Shown here in pieces: positions 42,340 to 51,620 of a DNA stretch of 64,000 nt. The translations under genes were made by a program, and so were the position numbers. The stretch is from Planctomycetota bacterium. Lineage in GTDB: Bacteria > Planctomycetota > UBA1135 > UBA2386. How positions within the stretch are numbered: position 1 is the first letter of the stretch; the number at the start of each line of letters is the position of its first letter. The notes under the pieces were generated by a model. The model was not told the origin of the DNA. It did not search any database and saw nothing but the letters and a program-made list of their open reading frames with translations. The stretch lies in assembly GCA_965223545.1 (NCBI GenBank), contig OZ245006.1, forward strand, positions 5,280,001-5,344,000. The letters are read 5' to 3'.

Positions 42340-44951
42340 GCGACCTCGAAGAAAGGGACGACGCCGCACAGGCCGGGAATGACCTGCGCGACGCCACGGG
42401 TTCCATTGAGCAGGATAGGCCAATTGAGACCGGGTCTCAAGGGCGAGAGGAAGCGCCGAAAACCGCGGCTGGCGACGCCGCTGACGCCGGTAGCGCGCTG
42501 AAGACCGACACCATCGCTGCGGTTGACTTCTTGCAGCAGTTCCGCCCCGGGGGACCGTGGCTGCTGTGCGCGTTCCACGAGAGCCGGCCGGAGATGCCGG
42601 CGCGCGAGTTCGGTCCGGACGAGGTCGAGGCGATGGTCCGGTGGATCGAGGAGTGGAACGCCGCCGAGTTCAACGTCTACTTCCACGTCAACAGCACGCG
42701 CCCGAGGCTCAGCAAGAAGGCCGAGAAGGCCGACGTGGTCAGCATCGACTGGTTCCACGTCGACGTTGACCCCGAGGACGGCAAGGACCTGAACGAGGAG
42801 CGTGCTCGGATCCTCAAGGACCTGCGCGAGGACTTCGCGAGCATGGGCCTGCAGCGCCCGTCGGCCATCGTCTTCTCGGGCGGGGGGTATCAAGCCTTTT
42901 GGAGGCTTGATACGCCGATCGAGGTCCGCGGCGACATCAAGGCCATCGAGCAGGCCGAGCGCTACAATCGCCAGATCGAGGGACTGCTGGGCGCGGACAA
43001 CTGCCACAATGCCGACCGCATCATGCGAGTGCCAGGGACGACGAACTGGCCGAACGCGAAGAAGCGCAAGCGCGGGCAGGAGCCAGAGCTGGCCGAGGTC
43101 GTCGAGTTCGAGGACGCCGCCTACGAGCTGTCGAAGTTCGTGCAGGCCGTCGACCGCCAGGAGCGCGGCGCGTCGATCGGCGGCGGCATGAACCGCCCGA
43201 CGGTCGAGCTACCGTCCGGAAACGTGAAGCGGATCCCGCCCGAGTTCCTGCTGGACGCGCTCAAGCATTACGGGATCAGCGACGAGGACAACATTGGCCG
43301 CGTGATCCGCGACGGTGAGGACACCGAGGCGCCGCCGGTGCCTGGCGCCGACCGCTCGCGCTCGGGCTGGTTCCTGCACGCGGTCTGCGAGCTGGTCCGG
43401 CACAACGTGCCCGACGAGCTGATCTACGCCATCGTCACCGACCCGGCCTACGACATCAGCCAGCACCCGATCGGCCAGGGCCGCGGGCGCGACCGCGCGG
43501 TGAAGCGCGCGCTGGTGAAGGCCAAGGAGTCGGTGGAGTCCGACGACTTGGCGATGCTCAACGACGGCTACGCCTTTATCGAGTCCGTGGGCGGCCGGGC
43601 CCGTATCATGTGCGAGCGGGCGAACGAGGCCAGCGGCAGGCGCGAGATCGAGTTCCTGCTGCCCGACGGCTTCAAGATGATGTGGAACAACCGCAAGGTG
43701 ATCCTGGTTGTCGGCAAGGACGAGAAGGGCAACAACAAGTACGACGAGGTGCCGCTGGGCAAGTTCTGGCTCGGCCACAAGCACCGTCGCACCTACCGCG
43801 GCGTGACGTTCTGGCCCGGGCGCGAGTTCGAGCAGGAGCTGAACCTGTGGCGCGGCTTCAACGTCGACGCGGTGCCCGGCGACTGCGACCTGTTTCTGGC
43901 GCACGTCCGCGACAACATCTGTCGCGGCAACGAGGAGCACTACGACTACCTGCTGCACTGGATGGCGAACGCCGTGCAAGACCCCGGCCAGCCCGGCCAG
44001 GTCGCGATCGTGCTACGCGGCGGGCAGGGCACCGGCAAGGGCGTGTTCGCGCACACCCTCGGGCACCTGTTCGGGATCCACTACAAGCACGTCGTGAACC
44101 CCGACCACATCATGGGGCAATTCAACAGCACCCTGCGCGACGCCGCGTTGGTGTTCGCCGACGAGTGTTTCGTGGCCGGCGACCGCCGGCAGGAATCCGC
44201 GCTCAAGACCCTGATCACCGAGGACCGGCTGCGCACCGAGGCCAAGGGCCTCGACTCCGTGGAAACCCGTAATTGCGTGCACCTGATCATGGCCACCAAC
44301 CAGGACTGGTCGATCAGCGTCGACTGGGACGACCGCCGCTTCTTCGCCCTCAACGTCGGCGACGACCGGAAGCAAGACACGGCGTACTTCAGGGCGATCC
44401 ACGAGCAGATGAAAGCCGGCGGCTACGAGGCCCTGATGCACCGACTGCTGACCATGGACCTGCGCGATTTCAACGTCCGCCAGTGCCCGAAGACGGACGA
44501 GCTGCGGCGGCAGCAGGTGAACTCCCTGGACGGCACCCTGGAAGGGGAGTGGCTGGAGTGCTTGATCCGTGGCGAGCTACCGACCGGCGACATCGACGCG
44601 CGCGGCTTCGTCACGATCGAGACCGGGAAGCTGCTCGCTGCGTGGGAGCTGCGGATCGGCAACAAGGCGGCGAAGGCCAACGCTCTTCGGGCGCTGCTGC
44701 ACGCGCCGCAGGGCAATCACGTCAAGGACGACGAGGATGACGAAGGGAACACGGGCATGGGCTTCAAGAGGGTCACGACCAGCCCCCGAGGGTACGTCAT
44801 CCCCCCGCTGGCCGAGGCGAGGCGGCGCTACGACGAGCGCCGTTGGCGGATCCAGTGGGACGACGGTGATAAGTGGGCAGTGGTCGAGATCGACGGGCAG
44901 CGCCAGCGGTCGGTCATCGTGCGGGCCGAGCGCGAGGGCGAGGCGTTCTAA
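42336..44951 (+). CDS. Primase (RepB'-like AEP) - SF3 helicase (DUF5906-like) fusion replication protein
   Basis: 'NVYF', 'HVDVD', 'PSAIVFSGGGYQAFW', 'RIMRVPGT.N'; Walker A 'GGQGTGKG', Walker B 'VFADE', 'IMATN', 'DDRRF'. Confidence 0.85.
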   Translation: MSDLEERDDAAQAGNDLRDATGSIEQDRPIETGSQGREEAPKTAAGDAADAGSALKTDTIAAVDFLQQFRPGGPWLLCAFHESRPEMPAREFGPDEVEAMVRWIEEWNAAEFNVYFHVNSTRPRLSKKAEKADVVSIDWFHVDVDPEDGKDLNEERARILKDLREDFASMGLQRPSAIVFSGGGYQAFWRLDTPIEVRGDIKAIEQAERYNRQIEGLLGADNCHNADRIMRVPGTTNWPNAKKRKRGQEPELAEVVEFEDAAYELSKFVQAVDRQERGASIGGGMNRPTVELPSGNVKRIPPEFLLDALKHYGISDEDNIGRVIRDGEDTEAPPVPGADRSRSGWFLHAVCELVRHNVPDELIYAIVTDPAYDISQHPIGQGRGRDRAVKRALVKAKESVESDDLAMLNDGYAFIESVGGRARIMCERANEASGRREIEFLLPDGFKMMWNNRKVILVVGKDEKGNNKYDEVPLGKFWLGHKHRRTYRGVTFWPGREFEQELNLWRGFNVDAVPGDCDLFLAHVRDNICRGNEEHYDYLLHWMANAVQDPGQPGQVAIVLRGGQGTGKGVFAHTLGHLFGIHYKHVVNPDHIMGQFNSTLRDAALVFADECFVAGDRRQESALKTLITEDRLRTEAKGLDSVETRNCVHLIMATNQDWSISVDWDDRRFFALNVGDDRKQDTAYFRAIHEQMKAGGYEALMHRLLTMDLRDFNVRQCPKTDELRRQQVNSLDGTLEGEWLECLIRGELPTGDIDARGFVTIETGKLLAAWELRIGNKAAKANALRALLHAPQGNHVKDDEDDEGNTGMGFKRVTTSPRGYVIPPLAEARRRYDERRWRIQWDDGDKWAVVEIDGQRQRSVIVRAEREGEAF

Positions 44952-44997
44952 CGCGACCTCGTGGCGACCTGGCCGGAAGGTCGAGTGCGCTGAAACC

Positions 44998-45204
44998 CCC
45001 GATTCTCGCTCGTTCTCGGGGGTCTACTCAACCTGCGCACCCTGCGCGCCCGGCTCGCGCGAGTTGCCCGAGAATCGGGAGGCCCCCTCTCTACCAACCC
45101 CCTCTATTTGATTGAGTAGGTTGAGTAGGCTGAGCAGGCGGCTGAATTCGCAGTCCTCAGGGCCTCTCGCGCCCCTCAACCTGAGCGCAACCTGCTCGAC
45201 CTGG
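44998..45204. promoter_or_regulatory. Putative replication origin with 9-bp iterons
   Basis: TTGAGTAGG-TTGAGTAGG-CTGAGCAGG at ~45112-45138 and inverted CTACTCAACCTGCGCACCCTGCGC at ~45024, flanking a short AT-rich core directly after the primase-helicase gene. Confidence 0.65.
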
Positions 45205-45801
45205 CCGCCCTTGGCGTTGCCGTTCTCTTGGGCAACCAGGGCTTCCGCGCGGCCCAAGGGTCAGCAAGCGCGACCTGAGACACGGCCGCGGAGGTTTGAG
45301 ACGACTTGGAGCCACGCGGCTGCCCAGGACCCAACCAGCTGCCGACACGGTGTGAACCGTCATCGGCGTCGTAGATGACCGCGCGGGCGCGCTACGGCGC
45401 CGCAGGTACGCGCTGCACGGGCGCGAGGCTGCAGATGCCGTGGTTTCGAGCCACAACCACAGCGCTGTCCCGCGCCCTGCGTCCCGCCCTGGCACCTAGT
45501 CCACATTCCACCGCCAGAATCCAACAGAGCGCCATACAGCACCTTTCTGGGCGACGCTACAGCGCCGCACCCCGGGCCCCGTCCGTCGTTTCGCGTGGGA
45601 CACACTACCGACACCTTCACCGAGCCGCCGGCGCGGCGTGTGAACCGCGCGCGGTCGCCCCGCTCGACCACAGCGAACGTCTCACCCCGAGCCACGACTG
45701 CCGCGCCGGACCGTCCAACACCACCGACCCGTCAAGCGCGCCGCCGAGTTCATTCCGTAGAATGGGTCCGCACGGCGCCACACGCGGCGGTAGTTTTCCG
45801 C

Positions 45802-46479
45802 ATGGGGAACGACACTGCATTCGCCTACTGCCGGGTGTCCGGCACCGGCCAGCTCGACGGGCACGGCCTGGAGCGCCAGGAGGACGCCGTGAGGCGCTTC
45901 GCGCGCTCGCGGGGCCTCGGCATCGTCGAGGTGTTCCAAGACGCTCACACGGGCACAGAGGCGGACAGGCCGGCCTTCAGCGCGATGCTCGCCGCCCTCC
46001 GCGCCAACGGCACCAAGACGGTGATCGTCGAGTCCATGGACCGCGTCGCCCGCTCGCTGTCCGTGCAGATGGCGCTGATCGCCGCGCTGGAGAGCGAGGG
46101 CGCGGCCCTGATCTCGGCTACCACCGGGCAGGACGTGGTCGCCGAGGTCCGCGACGACCCGATGCGCGAGGCCATGGTCCTCATGCAAGGCGTGTTCGCC
46201 CAGGTCGACCGCAAGATGACCGTGCGCAAGCTGCGGGCTGCGCGCGATCGAAAGCGTGAGGCCGAGGGGCGCTGTGAGGGCGTCAAGCCCTACGGCACGA
46301 TGCCCGGCGAGGACGAGGCCATGGCCATCATCCGCAGGGGCAGGCGGGCCCGGCGCTCGTGGTCCCGCATCGCCGAGGACCTGAACGCAGCCGGCCACCA
46401 CACCCGCGGACGCAAGCACAGCCCTCCGCGCCCATGGACCGCCGACGACGCGCGCGGCGTGTGGCGGCGGCGGCGCTAG
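45802..46479 (+). CDS. Serine recombinase (resolvase family)
   Basis: 'AYCRVS...Q', 'RPAF', 'VESMDRVAR'. Confidence 0.88.
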   Translation: MGNDTAFAYCRVSGTGQLDGHGLERQEDAVRRFARSRGLGIVEVFQDAHTGTEADRPAFSAMLAALRANGTKTVIVESMDRVARSLSVQMALIAALESEGAALISATTGQDVVAEVRDDPMREAMVLMQGVFAQVDRKMTVRKLRAARDRKREAEGRCEGVKPYGTMPGEDEAMAIIRRGRRARRSWSRIAEDLNAAGHHTRGRKHSPPRPWTADDARGVWRRRR

Positions 46480-46489
46480 CGTCGACCGA

Positions 46490-46610
46490 GACAACCTAGA
46501 TCCCGACACCGCGCGCTGCGCAAGGGCAGCAAGGAGCGCGGCACCGAGCCCGGCGCACTGTTCGTACCCGTCAACCGCGGCGGTCGGGTGCGCTCTGGGG
46601 CGCTCAGACC
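46490..46610 (+). pseudogene. Tyrosine recombinase remnant (central part)
   Basis: Translates as 'RKGSKER-GTEPGALFVPVNRGGR', resembling the Xer-type K-box and 'PGPLF' region; no start codon. Confidence 0.5.
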
Positions 46611-46826
46611 GCGGCGTTCTGGCGCGTCGGCTTGGTCACTCTAGACAGAAGACACCTTCTGTCAGGTCTGAATCCCCACGGTTAGTCGTTCATGGGAGGA
46701 CAGCCTCTCCGGCGATACCGGACCGCCCACAAGTCTCATTTCTTCGCGTATGCCCGGCTCGCCCGACGTCGCCACGACGCCCCCTCGTCGGAACGCCCTT
46801 CAAGAAGAAGTGTTCCAGCCAGAGTC

Positions 46827-47175
46827 CTAGCTCGTACCGGATTGCCGTTGTTCCCCCTTCGGAGAGAACACAGTGAACTGAATCCGAGAGATGGTCTCCT
46901 GCCTAGCTTCTTTTGAGGCCCTCCGCGCCCGCGCCAATACCCAGGACTGTGAGGCCCGCCTTACCCTCTTTGCCCGTGGTATTGGACACCGTCACCGCGA
47001 TGTCAAACCGAATGTCACCCATCATCTCTCGCATCTCGCTGTTGGCGAGTTCTTCGACCTGGCGGCTATCGACTCCCTGTGCGTCCTCTTCACGAAAGAA
47101 GACCTCCTCTGCGTGTTCCTCGATGGCCATCCGCACTTGAGAAAGGGCGCTGCGAACGAACTCTCTGAGTTCCAT
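46827..47175 (-). pseudogene. Frameshifted small conserved protein (Trypco2-like)
   Basis: 'MELREFV...IRFDIAVTV...GLTVLGIG' stops at 46903, but a one-base shift continues as 'SKEARQETISRIQFTV', the expected family ending. Confidence 0.55.
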
Positions 47176-47326
47176 TCGGACTACTACAGCATTCGCCGGC
47201 CGCGTACGCGAGTGGGAATCCCCGTGCGCTGGCCCCGCTCATCCACAGCTGCGTCAAACCGTACGGCACCTTCGAACTTCGAACTCAACATGAAGAAGCG
47301 GTTGCCTCATGACCTGCCAGTAGAGC

Positions 47327-47527
47327 TTGCTGCTGGTCCCACGACAACTGCACCCGCACGCCCTGCGGCACGCATTCGCCGTCGGGCTGACCCGCGAGGG
47401 TCACTCGATGCCCGCCGTGCAGCGCCAACTCGGGCACGAGCACCTGAACACCACCGCGACCTACCTGGCGTCCCTGGGCGAGGACGAGGCCGCCGAGGCC
47501 GTGGCGCGGCGGGCGTGGTCGCTGTAG
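47327..47527 (+). pseudogene. Tyrosine recombinase C-terminal remnant
   Basis: 'HPHALRHAFA...VQRQLGHEHLNTTATYL' carries the HxxR, LGH and catalytic Tyr motifs without the N-terminal part. Confidence 0.75.
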
Positions 47528-47601
47528 GGCCGTCGCCAAGGTGCTCTGGCCAGGCCAAATTCGCTCCAGTCCTACACGCAGATTGACCGAACGCACTTCG
47601 C

Positions 47602-48381
47602 ATGCCGGCAACTCGCGCTGTGGTCCTCTTCTCGCTGCTCTTCGCGCCCGGGTGCCACCTGCTGTCCTCGGTGCAGCCAACGGAGGAGCAGCTGGCGACC
47701 GCCGACTTCGGGCCCGCCCCAACGGCTCAGGAGACGGTCGACGCGATCCGTTTCGACGTTCGCACCTTCCGCAAGTTCGAGGGCGTGCCGATCACCTCCC
47801 TTCGAGTGGATCATGACGAGCCCGAGCAGGCGTGGGTCGGTGAACGCCCGATTGGCGCCGCCGACCACGAGTTTCGGTTTGGTTGGCGCGTCAACGCGAC
47901 CATCTCGTCGCCGTCCTACACACTGACGAGGTCCTTCCTCCTAGCCAAGCGCCCTCACGGCTTCGGCGCGCTCGCACGCGGGCAGGAGGGCCGCTGGTGT
48001 TTCTCTCCGTACATCGAGAACCTCAACCGAGAGTTGGCAGCGCGAGGCCCCGCGGACTCAGAGTTCGCGTCCGCCGACTTTGGCTCAACGCCGAGTGGTT
48101 ACGAACAGCACCTCACCGGCGCGATCAAAGGCCAGTTGAAAGACCCCGATTCGGCTCGCATCAGATTCGCCGCACCTCGAAAGACCTGGGGCCGAGTGGT
48201 CGGAGTCGAAGGGACTGAGTTCGGTTGGAGTGTGACGGCCTTAGTCAACGCCAAGAACAGCTACGGCGGTTACGTCGGCGAGAAGCCGTGGTCGTTCATG
48301 TTCCGCGACGGTCGAGTGGTGTCTGCGACTCCGCTCGGCAGCGGTTTTGAACTGGGCCACGCTGCCGCGCCCGCGCGGTAG
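47602..48381 (+). CDS. Lipoprotein with internally duplicated domain
   Basis: Lipobox 'APGC'; two halves ('ADFGPAP..FGWRV' and 'ADFGSTP..LKDPDSA..FGWSV..NAKNSYGGYVG'). Confidence 0.75.
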   Translation: MPATRAVVLFSLLFAPGCHLLSSVQPTEEQLATADFGPAPTAQETVDAIRFDVRTFRKFEGVPITSLRVDHDEPEQAWVGERPIGAADHEFRFGWRVNATISSPSYTLTRSFLLAKRPHGFGALARGQEGRWCFSPYIENLNRELAARGPADSEFASADFGSTPSGYEQHLTGAIKGQLKDPDSARIRFAAPRKTWGRVVGVEGTEFGWSVTALVNAKNSYGGYVGEKPWSFMFRDGRVVSATPLGSGFELGHAAAPAR

Positions 48382-48392
48382 ACGGCGGCGAC

Positions 48393-48836
48393 CTACAGCT
48401 CCAGGCGCGTGATCTGCCGCAAGCACTCGCAGAAGCAGTCGTCATTCCGCCACACCAGGTCGCGCACCGCGGCCCGGCGATCGCGCCGGAAGTGCACGGC
48501 CGCGTGCAGGTCGACGTAGCGCGCCAGGTCTCCGGGCGTGACGCGACCCCTTTGCATGATGCCGTCGATCATCGTCATGACATGGAGATCACCCAACTTC
48601 ACGGGCGGCGCTCGATCGGCCACGTTCACGCCAGCAGCGAGCAACAGTAGCCCCTCGAAGTCGGCGTCGCGCTCGTCGAGCAGGGACAAGAACGCGCGCT
48701 CGGTGCAACCGTCGTGGAAGTCGGTCGCCACGGCGTCGACGAGTTCGCGGAACGCGCCGGGTGGATTCCCCGTCGGCCGGAACTCCAGCGCCGCCCTGGC
48801 GCTGGCGCGAGCCTCAAGACACCTTCTGGTCACCAA
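48393..48836 (-). CDS. Hypothetical protein (element)
   Basis: 147-aa ORF overlapping the end of the upstream HTH gene. Confidence 0.45.
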   Translation of the reverse strand: MVTRRCLEARASARAALEFRPTGNPPGAFRELVDAVATDFHDGCTERAFLSLLDERDADFEGLLLLAAGVNVADRAPPVKLGDLHVMTMIDGIMQRGRVTPGDLARYVDLHAAVHFRRDRRAAVRDLVWRNDDCFCECLRQITRLEL

Positions 48837-49215
48837 GTTCCCGAAACTCCTCTAAGGCGCGACGCAGCACTTCGCGCTGCGCGGCAGTCATATCACACGG
48901 GCGAACCCTGTCAGGGACGTTTGGCACCCGCTCCAGCCCAACGGCTCGCGCCGCGAGTTCGAGCCGCCCGGTCCGGCGCAAGGCGACGCAGAACGCCTCG
49001 ATCTGGGCATCCGACAGCGCCAACGGGTCACGGTTCGACCGCGCCGTTGCTTCCTGCGCTGCTTGCACCAGCGCCCAGAAGTCCGGGTCCGAGTCGGCAA
49101 GGCGGTAAACGTGCGGTCGGTGGAGCCCTGCGGCTCGCGCCGCCGCGACCATCGTGGCGCCGTTACGCAACTCCCTTAGCAAGACCTGCTTCTGCTCCTC
49201 TTTCGAAATAGCCAT
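48814..49215 (-). CDS. HTH protein, terminase small subunit-like N-terminus
   Basis: 'LLRELRNGATMVAAARAAGLHRPHVYRLADSDPDF', with a second HTH-like repeat 'ELAARAVGL'. Confidence 0.6.
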   Translation of the reverse strand: MAISKEEQKQVLLRELRNGATMVAAARAAGLHRPHVYRLADSDPDFWALVQAAQEATARSNRDPLALSDAQIEAFCVALRRTGRLELAARAVGLERVPNVPDRVRPCDMTAAQREVLRRALEEFRELGDQKVS

Positions 49216-49311
49216 TTGAGAAAAGGTCCCGCCGCCGCGCCCCAGAAACACACGCGGCGGCGGAACAACTAACCAGTCCTAGAGATTATTGGCCAAACCC
49301 GTGCCGGCTTT

Positions 49312-49347
49312 CAAATCACCTGCAATCAGAAAACTTCAGGTGATTTG
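49312..49347. promoter_or_regulatory. Inverted-repeat operator in divergent AT-rich intergenic region
   Basis: CAAATCACCTG-N14-CAGGTGATTTG (perfect 11-bp inverted repeat), plus a third CAGGTG just downstream. Confidence 0.6.
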
Positions 49348-49379
49348 TTTTTCAGGTGTCGTTTGGGCGACACTCCAAC

Positions 49380-50129
49380 ATGCGAACGAAGACAGAGCGT
49401 AGCACCGTGGCATTGAAGGCTGCCTATCTCGAACTGCTCCAGCGCGGCGCGACCACCACCAGCGCCGCACAGACCCTCGGAATCGCCAAGTCGCTGCCGG
49501 CCACCTGGGCGTGCCGGGACGAAGTTTTCAAAATCGAGCGTGACCGGCTCATTGAGCGAAACAAGTCAGGCGTGCCGGATGCCGAACAAGTCGCCTCCTG
49601 GCACGCGGAGCTGGAGCAACTGGGCGCCGAGCGGCTTGAAGTCGAGGCCACCCGCGTCGCACTGGCATTGCCCGCCAAGATGGGCGACGCCCAGGCACAG
49701 CGCAGGATGGACGCCGCCCAGCAGCGCCTCTCCCAGATCGACGAGGCGGCAGACGGGCTGAAAGTCGTGCTTGCCGGCGCCGACCGCGCGATGGCTGCTG
49801 CCCGGGCTGAGGCCGAGGCCCGCGCCGTCGAGGAAGCGCGCGCTGAGGCGGCCGCGATTCGCGCCAAGCGCCACGCCAACGCTCAGCGCTTCGACGCGCT
49901 CGTCGCCGAGCTGGGCGAGATCGTCCAGCGAGAGCGCGAACTTGGCGGGCAAGAGCAGTCATTCGCTCGCAAGGCGGGTTACCGCACCGCTCCGACGAAT
50001 CAGGCGCAGTTCCAGCAGGCCGTTCTGGCATGTTCACTCGATCTTGCCGATGCCATCGGCATCCCGAGGAGCCAGCGCACCAGAACCATCCGGCCCCTTG
50101 CGGCCTCGATGCAACCGAGGGCGTCGTGA
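49380..50129 (+). CDS. HTH plus coiled-coil protein
   Basis: 'YLELLQRGATTTSAAQTLGIAKSLPATWACRDEVF', followed by a long Ala/Glu/Arg coiled coil. Confidence 0.65.
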   Translation: MRTKTERSTVALKAAYLELLQRGATTTSAAQTLGIAKSLPATWACRDEVFKIERDRLIERNKSGVPDAEQVASWHAELEQLGAERLEVEATRVALALPAKMGDAQAQRRMDAAQQRLSQIDEAADGLKVVLAGADRAMAAARAEAEARAVEEARAEAAAIRAKRHANAQRFDALVAELGEIVQRERELGGQEQSFARKAGYRTAPTNQAQFQQAVLACSLDLADAIGIPRSQRTRTIRPLAASMQPRAS

Positions 50130-50467
50130 AGACCTTGCGCGACATCGAGGCCATGAGGGACCAAGCCCGGCGGACGCCCGGCCCGGAGGGCAGCAAGCTG
50201 CTCGATGAGGCAGCGGTGCACTTGTCGGACCTCGCCGAGCAGATGAGCACCATCCGATCCGCGGCGCTCCTGGAATGCGCGCACTGCCGCCACGAGATTG
50301 AAGAGCGCTTGATCGGCCCAGACCCCGTTACGGCCCTCCAGCGCTACCTCGTGGGCATGGCGCGAGTTCACGGCATCTCTACGCGCGAAATGCTGATCTT
50401 GGCGCTGCAGAACGGCGACGAGCTGCTTGCCGAACTCTCGCTGCACGCGTGGGGCCTGGCGCTGTGA
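50126..50467 (+). CDS. Hypothetical protein (element operon)
   Basis: GTGA overlap with the upstream stop. Confidence 0.55.
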   Translation: MKTLRDIEAMRDQARRTPGPEGSKLLDEAAVHLSDLAEQMSTIRSAALLECAHCRHEIEERLIGPDPVTALQRYLVGMARVHGISTREMLILALQNGDELLAELSLHAWGLAL

Positions 50468-50760
50468 GTGCACACCTCGAAGCCCTCGCGTCAGTGATTC
50501 AGGCGCGTCGCGCTGGGCGACCGTGGAGCGCTCGGCGCATTGCCGAGGCCACGATCCGATACATCCGCGGCGAATGCCGCGACTCGGGTGTCGACGTCAG
50601 CGATTGGGCTGACGGCTGGCTCCGTGGCGACGAACAGCCGCGCGCTCGCCTGGACATCCTTCGAACATTTCATGACGAACTTAGCTTCGCAACAAGGACT
50701 GACACCAATGGACGAAACCACCATCATCAAGCGCGCGCGAGCGCTAATCTCGACCACTGA
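50464..50760 (+). CDS. Hypothetical protein (element operon)
   Basis: GTGA overlap with the upstream stop. Confidence 0.45.
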   Translation: MSAHLEALASVIQARRAGRPWSARRIAEATIRYIRGECRDSGVDVSDWADGWLRGDEQPRARLDILRTFHDELSFATRTDTNGRNHHHQARASANLDH

Positions 50761-51127
50761 CAACTCCTCCGGGCTGACGCACCACGACATCGACCGGGCG
50801 ATGGAATCGCTGGCGAAACACTCTGCCCGCGCAGGTGAGACCGCAGCCAAAGCCTACGTGCGACTCCTGCTCGACCAGCCCGACGACGACATGACCACGC
50901 TGGCCAAGGCGCGCGAGATGCTCGCGCCAAATGCTCCGAGCGCCCCCGAGGCGCTCGTCGCTGACGCGGAAGCCGAACTCGACGCCTATATCGGCTCGGT
51001 CGCCCGGGCTGGCGAGACAGCGGGCCAAACGATGGCGCGACTCGAAAAAGCCCGCGATGGCGGTTTTGAGCGCCGCTACACCTTGCTGGCGGACGCCCGA
51101 CGCCACGCCCTGCGGAACCGGCGATGA
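50708..51127 (+). CDS. Hypothetical protein with internal 'ARAGETA' duplication
   Basis: AAGGA RBS; 'ARAGETAAKAYVRL' and 'ARAGETAGQTMARL'. Confidence 0.6.
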   Translation: MDETTIIKRARALISTTDNSSGLTHHDIDRAMESLAKHSARAGETAAKAYVRLLLDQPDDDMTTLAKAREMLAPNAPSAPEALVADAEAELDAYIGSVARAGETAGQTMARLEKARDGGFERRYTLLADARRHALRNRR

Positions 51128-51362
51128 CGACCACCGAAGCAGAGCGGGAACGCCGTCGCCATTACGACATGCTCTACCACGCCCAGGCTGCGGGCCAGAA
51201 GTGGGCCGCACCGGCGCGCTGTGGGAGTTCGCCGGCGACATCGCCATCACGCTCGGCGAGGGGCGCGACCCAGCGGCACTGTGGCGCCGCATCGGTGGCG
51301 AGCCGTACCGCGAGCGCGACTACGTCGTGGAGTTCCTCCGTGCCGCGATGGCCACCACCTGA
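51124..51362 (+). pseudogene. Small gene with probable frameshift near 51205-51215
   Basis: ATGA-coupled start; GC3-rich coding switches frame mid-gene and ends at TGA 51362, before a hairpin. Confidence 0.45.
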
Positions 51363-51373
51363 CCGAACAACAA

Positions 51374-51423
51374 GCCGCTCGCCGGGGGTTCTTTTCTTCG
51401 TTCTGTTTGACCCGGCGGGCGGC
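51374..51423. terminator. Hairpin between convergent transcription units
   Basis: GCCGCTCGCCGGG ... CCCGGCGGGCGGC with a T-rich loop. Confidence 0.45.
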
Positions 51424-51620
51424 ACATTTCTCGCTTACCGCCGGCATCGACGAGCGCGTCCTGCCCGACAGGTGGGACGGGGAGGCTGCTGGCCCTCACG
51501 GAGTCCGCGTGGAGCCATGGAATCGAGCGCGCCATGCTGCGCGGGCGCGAGCCGATTGACCCCGCCAGCACACGCACACGTCGCCGCAGTCCGCGAACTC
51601 CGTGGATGGTGATCGAACGG

